DNA of 64,000 bases, taken from positions 26,315-90,314 of the forward strand of contig LBPF01000001.1 in assembly GCA_000990005.1 (NCBI GenBank). The letters are read 5' to 3'. This DNA is from Candidatus Woesebacteria bacterium GW2011_GWB1_33_38 (GTDB taxonomy: Bacteria > Patescibacteriota > Microgenomatia > UBA8517). Below, piece by piece: positions 17,319 through 26,288 of this stretch. The position numbers and the translations under genes were made by a program. Every line of letters begins with the position of its first letter. The stretch's first letter is position 1. The notes under the pieces are model-generated. The model searched no databases, was not told where the DNA came from, and saw only the letters and a program-made list of their open reading frames with translations.

Positions 17319-17691
17319 AACTATTTATTCTTTCTTTTACAAACTCAGCCTCCATTTTTAAATATGGTAAATAATCCGAATACAGATTAAAAGCTTTATG
17401 AGATAAATTATTATAACTATCAAGGCTTCCTGCAAGTAGTTTACTTTTACTCGTAATAGCAAACAATAATAGTGGGTTAGCGTGAGTTATGTCTACTAAA
17501 TCTATCTTGTCTTTTTTAATTAACTTTGTTAGATCGACCAATAATTCTAAATAATTTATTTTAATTTTGGTTTTTTCTCTCACGAAAGCAATATCTGTAT
17601 CACTCTCAGGGTGTATTTTCCCTGTAATTTGTGATCCATGCATTAAAATTAAGGATAATTTATATTTTTTTCTGATTGCTTCAAAATTCAT
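17305..17691 (-). CDS. Minimal nucleotidyltransferase (MntA-like) antitoxin
   Basis: HGSQITGKIHPESDTDIA = GS-X10-DXD; IDLVDI. Confidence 0.9.
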   Translation of the reverse strand: MNFEAIRKKYKLSLILMHGSQITGKIHPESDTDIAFVREKTKIKINYLELLVDLTKLIKKDKIDLVDITHANPLLLFAITSKSKLLAGSLDSYNNLSHKAFNLYSDYLPYLKMEAEFVKERINSYAKN

Positions 17692-17697
17692 ATCATT

Positions 17698-17718
17698 AGT
17701 ATAGCATTATGCTAAAAT
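17698..17718. promoter_or_regulatory. Back-to-back extended -10 promoters
   Basis: Minus TGCTATACT and plus TGCTAAAAT, each 6 nt before an ATG. Confidence 0.65.
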
Positions 17719-17724
17719 ATTTTC

Positions 17725-18300
17725 ATGGTTACAAAGAAAATTTATTGTTATGTTGACGAAACTGGCCAGGATACAAAAGGAAAATTGTTTATTGTTAGTA
17801 TAGTTGTAGTTGGAAAAGATAAAGACTTATTTCAAAAAGCAGTTGAAGAGGTTGAAATAGAATCAGGTAAAAGAAGATCAAAATGGGGAAAAACAAATTA
17901 TTCTTCAAGAATTAGCTATCTAAAAAAGTTAATCTTAATTAAAACATGTAAATATTTGATATGTTTTTCAAAGTATAAAACTATGGATTTTGATCTAGCA
18001 ACTATTCAAACTATTTCTAAAACAATTCATTATAAAACTAATAAACAAGATTATAAAAGTTTAATTTATATTGATGGTTTGGCTAAGAATAAACGACATT
18101 TTTATGCTAAAGAACTAAGAAATCTTGGTGTTCGTACTCAAAAAATAAAAGGAGTAATTAAGGATGAGAATAATTCTATGATTAGGCTTGCCGATTCAGT
18201 CTGTGGGTGGATAAGAGACGTAATTGAGCAAAATAAAAATGATGACTTGTCACGAATCTTTAGAAAAGCAATAAAATCTAAGATTTTGATAGAAGTTTGA
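17725..18300 (+). CDS. DUF3800 family protein
   Basis: N-terminal YVDETG, central YIDG, C-terminal IRLADSVCG. Confidence 0.8.
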   Translation: MVTKKIYCYVDETGQDTKGKLFIVSIVVVGKDKDLFQKAVEEVEIESGKRRSKWGKTNYSSRISYLKKLILIKTCKYLICFSKYKTMDFDLATIQTISKTIHYKTNKQDYKSLIYIDGLAKNKRHFYAKELRNLGVRTQKIKGVIKDENNSMIRLADSVCGWIRDVIEQNKNDDLSRIFRKAIKSKILIEV

Positions 18301-18301
18301 G

Positions 18302-18391
18302 AAAAAACACCATCCCCTTGCGGGGATGGAAGACTCTAGATAGTTTTTAGGCTAACAGCTTGCCTATACGGTCAGTTTTCGAGTCGGTTTG
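18302..18391 (-). ncRNA. Candidate ~90-nt structured RNA convergent on the DUF3800 gene
   Basis: TATAAT (minus, 18397-18402); stems GACUC/GAGUC and UAGGC/GCCUA; terminator CCAUCCCC-GCAA-GGGGAUGG plus U6. Confidence 0.6.
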
Positions 18392-18416
18392 AATTTATTA
18401 TACACTAAAAAGTCAA

Positions 18417-19604
18417 ATGGAACAACGAATTAAAGGTTTAAAGCTAAACAAAAGACTGATGTTTGGGACGAGGTTTTTTATAGAACTAAAAACTCTAAAT
18501 GCAGTAATTCAACTTTTTTATCTCTCAAGAGGGCTTGATCTTGGTCAAATAATTTATTTAAGTCTTGTTTGGACTGTAACTTCTTTTCTTTGCGATGTTC
18601 CCTCAAGTTTTTTAGCTGATAAATTCGGTCGAAAAAAATTAATTATAGCCGGTATTTTTTTGACTTCACTTTCTACATTTTTACTATTTTTTGCTACAGG
18701 TTTTCCTTATTTTGTTTTAACTTATATTATTGGCGCAGCGGGCTACTCATTTTTTATGGGTGCAGATCATGCAATTTTGTATGATTCTTTAAAAGAAGTT
18801 GGCGATGAAAATGGAGCTAATAGGGTGGCAGGTAAATACTTTTCATCTGCGAGTTTACCCAAAGTTATTATGCCGTTTGTGGGTAGCTTTATTGCTAAAA
18901 GTTTATTGCCTTCACAATTTTTAATATTAATTGCAATTGATTTAGTTGGCACAATAATTTCCCTTATTGTTGCCAGTTTTATAACTGAACCAAAAATAAA
19001 AAAACGACAAAATCAAAAATCTAATTTATTAAGAGAAGGTTTAAAATTGATTCAATCCGATAAGATTTTATTAAAGTTTGCTTTAAACAAAATAATCATC
19101 TTTCAAGCAGCTTTTGTTTATTGGAGGGTTTACCAAGTACTTCTAAAAAATGTTAACATGCCAACTGTTTATTTAGGATTAGTTTATACATTTTTTCAAG
19201 GGATACTTTTTTTGATGTTTTGGAATACTGAAAAAGTACAAAATAAATTGGGTAAAATGAATTTTATTCTTTTGCCTCAACTTTTGGGTCTTTTTGCAAT
19301 TATTGCCTCACTTCTAACTTCGAATTTAATTATTTTGTTTTCTGCATGCGTTTTACTATTAATTGTTGGAACTATCAGAGATCCGTTATTTTTAGCTCAA
19401 ATGCAAGCTCGTATTCCATCATTCAATAGAGCTACAGCTACTTCTACTTTGAATACAATTAAAAACATAAGTGATATTCCATTACTTATAATTGTGGGCT
19501 ATCTAGCGAATGTGAATATAAACTATGTTTTGATAGTTTCTGGTATACTCTTCTTAATTCCACTTTTGTTTTTGAGGATTAAAAGGGAGGAGTTGGTAGT
19601 ATAA
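18417..19604 (+). CDS. MFS transporter
   Basis: About 12 TM; DVPSSFLADKFGRKK motif A. Confidence 0.9.
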   Translation: MEQRIKGLKLNKRLMFGTRFFIELKTLNAVIQLFYLSRGLDLGQIIYLSLVWTVTSFLCDVPSSFLADKFGRKKLIIAGIFLTSLSTFLLFFATGFPYFVLTYIIGAAGYSFFMGADHAILYDSLKEVGDENGANRVAGKYFSSASLPKVIMPFVGSFIAKSLLPSQFLILIAIDLVGTIISLIVASFITEPKIKKRQNQKSNLLREGLKLIQSDKILLKFALNKIIIFQAAFVYWRVYQVLLKNVNMPTVYLGLVYTFFQGILFLMFWNTEKVQNKLGKMNFILLPQLLGLFAIIASLLTSNLIILFSACVLLLIVGTIRDPLFLAQMQARIPSFNRATATSTLNTIKNISDIPLLIIVGYLANVNINYVLIVSGILFLIPLLFLRIKREELVV

Positions 19605-19608
19605 GTTT

Positions 19609-20913
19609 ATGGAACAAAATGAAGCCCTCACATCACAAGCAGGAACAAGGATTACTTCATCTGAGATTTCAAGAAGAATGAATAGTAATGTACTTCAACA
19701 ACAAGGGATTAGATTTCAAGATTTAACTGTTAACAAAATCTTATTGGTAGGTGTAGATGCAAAATATTCAAATAGATCTACTGACTTTAATGAAAGCCTT
19801 GGCTATTTGAGAATGGAGCATAATATTTATTGGAAAGATGATAATGAGAGCCTAACAGTTAAGGAGGTTAATACTCGGGATAAAAATGGAGATTTGAAAG
19901 CAGTAAGAGAAAAAATTGAGAATTTAACACCTTTAGATCCTATTGAAACGGAAATACACCATAGTATAGGTGATTACTCATTCGAGGATGAGACATCTTT
20001 CTTTGTGAGAATCGGCGACGGTGACAATAGAGTTATTTTGAGAATAGATTATCCAACATATATTAATTATTTAGGATCTATGACTATTTTTATGAATCCG
20101 AACGATCCAAATTTGGAAAAACATATAGCAGTGTTACAAAAATCAATTTCGATATTGGCTTCGGAAAAATTGTTACCAGAAGTTAACCCTGATAAGGTAA
20201 ACTTGAAGTTTGAAGGTCTATTTGATGAACAATCAATTTTCAATCAAATTGAAAATTTAAAATTAAACAATGAAAAATATAAGTTATGTTTTGAAAAGGA
20301 TTTAAGTGTAATTAAAAATCTAGAAGCTCGAGAGGGATATCACCGTGCTATTGTTTATTTTTTAGGTCATGATTGTGGATTATTGTTTTTACAAAATACT
20401 GATTATAATAATTCGTTTGCTGTCGGTTCACATGCAAGAGTTCTTGAGTCGTGGTTGAATGATCCAAACAGATCAGAATTACTTACGGCCACAGGTTTTG
20501 CTACGGATAGTATGGTTAATTACATGCATACATTTATTAAATTTGATGAAAAAGGTGAACCTGTTTGGTATGTAGATGGAGGTAATCCTGTTCCTGAATG
20601 GTTTACTCTCGGTGGTTTTACAGAACAAGAAATTGCACTTTATTTATCTGAAAATTTTGGTATAAAAAATGAATTTGGATTGGTACCAGAAAACATTTCT
20701 AAGCAATTGGCACTTAGTGGAGGTCTAGGAGAGAAGATTTTAACAGATGCTGAATTATTACGGTCTGAATACGGAAAGAATTATGCTGCAAGATATGTGA
20801 AATTAGCTGAGAAATTTAGAATTAAAGAAGTAGAACCTTTTTCGGCTGGATGGGATGAGTTTCAAGCTATGGAAGTCTTAATTAATCAAATTAGAAGTAG
20901 TAAAAGAAAATAG
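19609..20913 (+). CDS. Hypothetical soluble protein, 434 aa
   Basis: Long ORF, no motif recognised. Confidence 0.7.
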   Translation: MEQNEALTSQAGTRITSSEISRRMNSNVLQQQGIRFQDLTVNKILLVGVDAKYSNRSTDFNESLGYLRMEHNIYWKDDNESLTVKEVNTRDKNGDLKAVREKIENLTPLDPIETEIHHSIGDYSFEDETSFFVRIGDGDNRVILRIDYPTYINYLGSMTIFMNPNDPNLEKHIAVLQKSISILASEKLLPEVNPDKVNLKFEGLFDEQSIFNQIENLKLNNEKYKLCFEKDLSVIKNLEAREGYHRAIVYFLGHDCGLLFLQNTDYNNSFAVGSHARVLESWLNDPNRSELLTATGFATDSMVNYMHTFIKFDEKGEPVWYVDGGNPVPEWFTLGGFTEQEIALYLSENFGIKNEFGLVPENISKQLALSGGLGEKILTDAELLRSEYGKNYAARYVKLAEKFRIKEVEPFSAGWDEFQAMEVLINQIRSSKRK

Positions 20914-20967
20914 AAAATGTTAATATCATTTTAATATGATAAGTGAAGCTTGTCATATACTACACGT

Positions 20968-21546
20968 ATGATGAGATTTGACCCGGAGAAAAATATAGTT
21001 AAAACAGGAATTGAGGGGGTTGTTTTGATTCAAAGACCAATTATGGGGGATGCAAGAGGATTTCTCCATGAACCGTATAACAAAGAGGAATTAAAAGCAG
21101 TAACAGGAATTGAATTTAATCCTGTCCAATGGACACATGCCTATATTAAACCAGGAGTTATTAAGGCAGTTCATAGTGAGAATTGGAATAAACTTGTTTA
21201 TCCTGTAACCGGTATTTTATATGCTCCAATTGTAGATCTAAGGTCTGAAAGTAAAACTTTTGGTAAAGTAGAGTACATTACAATTGATAATACAAAAGAG
21301 GATTCAAAAAGACAGGCGTTATTTCTGCCTAGTGGAGGAATTGGTAACTCAATTTGTACACTTGGAACTGAAATGATGCATTATTTTTATTTGATTGATG
21401 AATATTGGGATGATACTAAGGCAAAGGGTGTTGCCTGGGATGATCCAGATTTAAATATCAAATGGCCAATTAAAGATCCAATTCTTTCTGAAAGAGACAA
21501 AACAAATCCAAAACTGCGTGATTTATTTCCAGAAAAGTTCTCATGA
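20968..21546 (+). CDS. rmlC: dTDP-4-dehydrorhamnose 3,5-epimerase
   Basis: GDARGFLHE, VDLRSESKTFG, WDDPDLNIKWP, LSERD. Confidence 0.9.
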   Translation: MMRFDPEKNIVKTGIEGVVLIQRPIMGDARGFLHEPYNKEELKAVTGIEFNPVQWTHAYIKPGVIKAVHSENWNKLVYPVTGILYAPIVDLRSESKTFGKVEYITIDNTKEDSKRQALFLPSGGIGNSICTLGTEMMHYFYLIDEYWDDTKAKGVAWDDPDLNIKWPIKDPILSERDKTNPKLRDLFPEKFS

Positions 21547-22436
21547 AAAAAATACTTGTTATTGGTGCAACAGGGCTTATTGGTTCTAGATTTGTAGAAT
21601 TAGCAAATGGCAAATTTGAAATTATTCCTGTTGATGAAAATATTCTAGATATTACCAACAAAGAAGCAGTTGAGGAATATTTTTCTACAACGCAGTTGAA
21701 TGCTGTTTTAAATTTTGCAGCTTTTACAAATGTTGATGCAGCTGAAAAGGAAAGGAATGATACTAAGGGTCTTTGTTATAAGTTAAATGTAATTGGGGTT
21801 GAAAATCTTGCATACGCTTCTAAGAAACATAATAAATTCTTGGTATATATTTCAACAGACTTTGTGTTCGAGGGGACTGTTCAAAATCCAGGCCCATATG
21901 ATGAAAATGAAAAATTACCTGACAACATGGAAGGAATTAGTTGGTACGGCTGGACAAAGAAGGAAGCAGAAGTAAAAATAGAAAATGCTAGAGCAAAAAG
22001 CGCAATTGTTAGGGTTGCATATCCATTTACTTCTGGAAAATATGATTTGAAATTAGACTATGCCAAAAATTATTTGAAATTATACGATGATGGAAAACTA
22101 TTTCCTATCTTTACAGATCAAACAATAACCCCACTTTATCTAGAAGATTTAGTTGCCCCACTTTCAAAGATTTTGGAAGAAGAATTACAAGGAGTTTTCC
22201 ATATTGTTTCAAGTGATGTGGTAACTCCGTTTGATTTTGTAGAATATTTACTTTCTAAAGCAAGAAATGTAGAAGGTATTGTACAAAAGGGATCTATGGA
22301 AGAATTTTTAAAAACACCAGGTCGAACACCTAGGCCAAGGCTTGGTGGTTTAAAAACTGATATAACACAACAAAAATTGGGAATGAAATTCAGGACTTGG
22401 AAAGAAATGGTTGATTCTTTTGTCGAAAATCTTTAA
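21543..22436 (+). CDS. rmlD: dTDP-4-dehydrorhamnose reductase
   Basis: GATGLIG, AAFTNVDAAE, ISTDFVF, YGWTK. Confidence 0.9.
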   Translation: MKKILVIGATGLIGSRFVELANGKFEIIPVDENILDITNKEAVEEYFSTTQLNAVLNFAAFTNVDAAEKERNDTKGLCYKLNVIGVENLAYASKKHNKFLVYISTDFVFEGTVQNPGPYDENEKLPDNMEGISWYGWTKKEAEVKIENARAKSAIVRVAYPFTSGKYDLKLDYAKNYLKLYDDGKLFPIFTDQTITPLYLEDLVAPLSKILEEELQGVFHIVSSDVVTPFDFVEYLLSKARNVEGIVQKGSMEEFLKTPGRTPRPRLGGLKTDITQQKLGMKFRTWKEMVDSFVENL

Positions 22437-23064
22437 TCTTTCTGTGGTCTCCTGTTAATAAAATTTCTGGGACTTTCCATGCTTTTTTTAACAACGAAGG
22501 TTTGTAAATTGGTGGTCTTGTGTATTGGGGATACTCTGCATTCATTTCTGAGTGAGATTCTTCTAATAATGACTCTGGTTTAATGACATTAGGTATAAGT
22601 CTTGTTACAGTATCTACAATCACTATTGCAGGGATTTCACCACCCGTTAAGACATAATCGCCAATTGATATTACTTCATCCACCAAATTTTCATGAACTC
22701 TATGGTCTATTCCTTCATAATGTCCACAAATTAAAACAATTCTTTTAAGTTTTGAGTAGTCTTGTGCTTTTTGCTGAGTAAATTTTTCTCCCCCAGCATC
22801 AGTCATTACAATTTTTGTACCCTTTGTCTTTGGTTTTGCCTTGATCGATTTTAAAGCTTTATCTATAACATCAACTCTAATTATCATTCCTGCTCCTCCG
22901 CCATACGGTCTATCATCAACAGTTTTCCTCTCATCAATTCCAAATTGCCTAAGGTCAACAATGTTAAGTTTTAAAAACTTTTTGTCTTGCGCTCTCCACA
23001 TGATTGATTCAGTCATTGGACCCACAAACATTTTTGGGAAAAGAGTTAATATATCAATTTGCAT
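22390..23064 (-). CDS. trmD: tRNA (guanine-N1)-methyltransferase
   Basis: VDDRPYGGGAGM, CGHYEGID, SIGDYVLTGGE, EYPQYTRP. Confidence 0.97.
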   Translation of the reverse strand: MQIDILTLFPKMFVGPMTESIMWRAQDKKFLKLNIVDLRQFGIDERKTVDDRPYGGGAGMIIRVDVIDKALKSIKAKPKTKGTKIVMTDAGGEKFTQQKAQDYSKLKRIVLICGHYEGIDHRVHENLVDEVISIGDYVLTGGEIPAIVIVDTVTRLIPNVIKPESLLEESHSEMNAEYPQYTRPPIYKPSLLKKAWKVPEILLTGDHRKIKDFRQKNQPFLSKS

Positions 23065-23086
23065 AACGATATTGTATCATTAATTC

Positions 23087-24208
23087 ATGAGTAAAATAGT
23101 TATTGTTATGCCTGCCTATAACGAAGCTGAAAACATTGGCAAGATGATTGAAGCTTTGTTTAATGAAGAATTTCCAAAAATAAAAGATACCGAGATGCAC
23201 TTACTTGTTGTAGATGATTATTCTCCAGATAAAACAGGTGATGTAGTTAAAACATATCAGCAAAAATACAAAAATCTACATTTGTTGCAAAAACAAAAAG
23301 AAGGGTTGGGCTGGGCGTATATAAGAGGCTTTCAATATGCAGTAAATACATTACAAGCAGATGCAGTTATGGAAATGGATGCAGATTTCCAACATCCTCC
23401 AAGATTCGTTAAACCAATGGTTGAAGCTTACTTATTAGGAGCGGACTATTGTATTGGTAGTCGCTATATAAAAGGTGGATCTGTCCCCAAAGAGTGGGCT
23501 TTTTTTAGAAAGGCGATTAGTTTTTTGGGGAATTTGTTTATAAGAATTGTCCTGACTAAATTTAAGATCCATGATTTAACAACAGGTTTTAGATTGACAA
23601 GAGAAAAGGGAGTTCTTGATCAAATTGATCTAGATCATTTAATGGAGCCGACTAGATTTGCTTATAAAGTTGATCTTTTGTACCAATCTATAAAACTTTC
23701 TAAAAAAACAGTTGAGGTGCCTTTGGAGTTTGCTTCCCGAACAATGGAGAAATCGAAATTTAACCCTAAAGAAATGGTTTCTACTTTTAAAGTTGCCGTA
23801 ATTTTAGGAATTAAGGATAAACAAAAGTTAATTAAATTTGGAACTGTGGGTTTTGTTGGATATTTAATTAATGCATTCTTTTTGAATTTCTTTTCTAAAT
23901 CAGGTTTTCCTGAATGGGCATCATGGGGATTATCTACTGAACTTGCAATTATTAACAATTTTACCTTGAACAATCTTTGGACATTTAAAACAGATGAAAT
24001 TAAGGGAATTGGAAATATTGTAAAGAAGTTTTTACAATTTAACTTTACTTCGCTCGGTGCACTTTTGATTCAAACAGTATTGGGAACAATTGGAGTTTAC
24101 TTTCTAGGTCCAGACAAGAGACAGCTTTTATTACCTTTCATCATTGTGTTTGTAGTACTTCCGTATAACTACTTAATGTATACGAAGGTGATTTGGAAGA
24201 AAAAATAG
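23087..24208 (+). CDS. GT2 polyprenol-phosphate glycosyltransferase fused to a GtrA-like domain
   Basis: MPAYNEAENI, VDDYSPDKT, MDADFQHPP; C-terminal IKFGTVG...NNLWTF. Confidence 0.9.
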   Translation: MSKIVIVMPAYNEAENIGKMIEALFNEEFPKIKDTEMHLLVVDDYSPDKTGDVVKTYQQKYKNLHLLQKQKEGLGWAYIRGFQYAVNTLQADAVMEMDADFQHPPRFVKPMVEAYLLGADYCIGSRYIKGGSVPKEWAFFRKAISFLGNLFIRIVLTKFKIHDLTTGFRLTREKGVLDQIDLDHLMEPTRFAYKVDLLYQSIKLSKKTVEVPLEFASRTMEKSKFNPKEMVSTFKVAVILGIKDKQKLIKFGTVGFVGYLINAFFLNFFSKSGFPEWASWGLSTELAIINNFTLNNLWTFKTDEIKGIGNIVKKFLQFNFTSLGALLIQTVLGTIGVYFLGPDKRQLLLPFIIVFVVLPYNYLMYTKVIWKKK

Positions 24209-24362
24209 TTGATTCACCCCTTACTTCAATTGGTTTTTCATCATCTTGGCAACCTTGATGTTTTGATCTTGGGGGAAAGATTTTGGTATCACAGTGGGGA
24301 CACACTTCACCAACAAGCGCATACCTCTGTTTTTTTAATCTCCAATGCCTTGGAATTTCCAT
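24141..24362 (-). CDS. DUF35-type N-terminal zinc ribbon, lacking the OB fold
   Basis: MEIPRHWRLKKQRYALVGEVCPHCDTKIFPPR. Confidence 0.6.
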   Translation of the reverse strand: MEIPRHWRLKKQRYALVGEVCPHCDTKIFPPRSKHQGCQDDEKPIEVRGESTIFSSKSPSYTLSSYTEVLQTQ

Positions 24363-24407
24363 ATCAGCATATAGTTAGTCTGAAGAAAACTAAAAAACCC
24401 ATGGAAT

Positions 24408-25562
24408 CTATAAAAATGGTGTCCAGTTTGCAATGGGCATGACATTTTGAGAGATGAAGGCCAAAGAATAAAGATAGATTGGAATAATTATTACAAGTAT
24501 TGCAATTTTAAACTCTTTCTTTAAAAGAGTATCTCTAAAAGCTATAAGTATGAATGGAACAATGGGGAGAGCGTATCTTAGTAAATCCCTGTGGGCTACA
24601 AATAAAAGTGAGGCAAAAAAAACTAATGTAAAGTAAAAATAAGTCTTCATTTTTTCTTGATATAGCTTGAAAAGCCCCAAAACTCCAATTGTATATATAA
24701 AAATTACTTCTTCTAACCAAAATGTTCCCACCCAAGGGGCAGAATAGTTAAATATTTGGAAAGGAGGGAAGAAAAGATGAATATTGTCTCCTGACTTAAA
24801 ATAAGTAAAAAAATCTCCGTACCTTATACCATAAATTGAGAAAACTGCAAGTAAGCCTAAAGGAATAAGTAGTATCGGCAAATATTTTTGACTACGAAGT
24901 AGTAAGCTTTGCTTATTATCAATCCGTTTAAAACTACGTAAATGTGGAATCGTAATCTGTAAACAGTATGCAATAAACAAAAGAACTGCTGGAGATTTGG
25001 TCATGGTAGCAAAAAAACCAGCAATACTTGCATATAAATATTTCTTTTTACTAAAAAAGTAAGTTGAAGCAAGAATTAAAGCCACAAAAAGGGGTTCAGG
25101 TGATCCAACACTTCTGACAATTAACCATCTAGCAGGAAAGAATGAAAATATGGCAGTCAAAAAAAAGGCATTTTCTTTTGTAAGATATTTTTTTGCATGT
25201 TGGTAGAAAAAATATAATGCAAATATTGAAGATACTGAGGTTACAAAAAGCATTGAATATGGATATCCAAAGATGTGCGCAAAAAGTTTTATAAGTAGAG
25301 GAAATAATGGAAAATGTGCTGAATAGTATTCATTTGATAATGGAAACTGATAGTTTGATCCTAATTCTTCTGGATTGTAAAATGTTTTAGCAACTGCTAA
25401 GTATAATGGTCCATCAAAATTGGCAACTATTGTGGCCATGCCCTGCTGTGGTAGCGGTATAGTCCAAAATGTTTTAAAACGAAGTAGAAAAGGAGTCCAG
25501 ATTAGTAAAACTGGGATCAAACTTAAAAGTATAATTGGGATCAAGCCTTTAATCTTAGCCAT
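24408..25562 (-). CDS. GT-C membrane glycosyltransferase (PIG-V/mannosyltransferase-like)
   Basis: NFDGPLY, AHFPLFP, SPEPLF, multi-TM. Confidence 0.75.
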   Translation of the reverse strand: MAKIKGLIPIILLSLIPVLLIWTPFLLRFKTFWTIPLPQQGMATIVANFDGPLYLAVAKTFYNPEELGSNYQFPLSNEYYSAHFPLFPLLIKLFAHIFGYPYSMLFVTSVSSIFALYFFYQHAKKYLTKENAFFLTAIFSFFPARWLIVRSVGSPEPLFVALILASTYFFSKKKYLYASIAGFFATMTKSPAVLLFIAYCLQITIPHLRSFKRIDNKQSLLLRSQKYLPILLIPLGLLAVFSIYGIRYGDFFTYFKSGDNIHLFFPPFQIFNYSAPWVGTFWLEEVIFIYTIGVLGLFKLYQEKMKTYFYFTLVFFASLLFVAHRDLLRYALPIVPFILIAFRDTLLKKEFKIAILVIIIPIYLYSLAFISQNVMPIANWTPFL

Positions 25563-25583
25563 TAGTTTGATAATATCATAAAT

Positions 25584-26288
25584 ATGGTCATAGATTCTCT
25601 ATCGGTTTTTTTTCCTACTTATAATGAAGAGGGAAATATCAAAAATACAGTTATTAAAGCCAAGAATGTGCTTTTAAAAAATGTTCATGACTGGGAAATA
25701 CTTATTGTTAATGACGGTTCCACAGACAAAACAAAAGAAATTGCTGATAAATTAGGAACAGAAGATACAAGGATTAGAGTGATAAATCACGAACATAACA
25801 GAGGTTATGGGGCAAGTTTAAAGTCTGGTTTTTATAACAGTAAATATCCCTGGATTGCCTTTACTGATTCAGATGGGCAATTTGATTTCAGTGAAATAGT
25901 TAGTTTCTTTCAAAAACAAAAAGCAACTAACGCAGATTTGGTAATTGGCTACTACAAAAAAAGAAAGGTGAGTAAATTTAAAATAATAACATCAAGAATG
26001 TGGGAAATTTCTGTTATGATTCTTTTTGGCCTACATGTTTATGACATCGATTGCGGATTTAAACTTGTTAGAAAAGAGGTAATTGAAAAAATTCCAAAAT
26101 TAGAAAGCGAAAGGGGGGCATTTATTTCTTCTGAATTATTAATCAAAGCCAAGAAAAAGGGATTTAAAATCGTTGAAATTCCTGTAACCCATTTACCGAG
26201 AATTGTTGGTCGCGGAACTGGTAGAAATATTAAAGTGATATTACAAAGTTTTGTTGATTTATTTAAGCTCTGGAGGAAATTAAAGTGA
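25584..26288 (+). CDS. GT2 glycosyltransferase (DPM1-like)
   Basis: PTYNEEGNI, NDGSTD, TDSDGQFD, DIDCGFK. Confidence 0.9.
   Translation: MVIDSLSVFFPTYNEEGNIKNTVIKAKNVLLKNVHDWEILIVNDGSTDKTKEIADKLGTEDTRIRVINHEHNRGYGASLKSGFYNSKYPWIAFTDSDGQFDFSEIVSFFQKQKATNADLVIGYYKKRKVSKFKIITSRMWEISVMILFGLHVYDIDCGFKLVRKEVIEKIPKLESERGAFISSELLIKAKKKGFKIVEIPVTHLPRIVGRGTGRNIKVILQSFVDLFKLWRKLK

Noticed and set aside
18369-18375. CTGACCG in the DUF3800-associated RNA, matching the start of the leader motif
   Set aside because: The CGGAGGC half and closing stem are absent; a 7-nt match is insufficient
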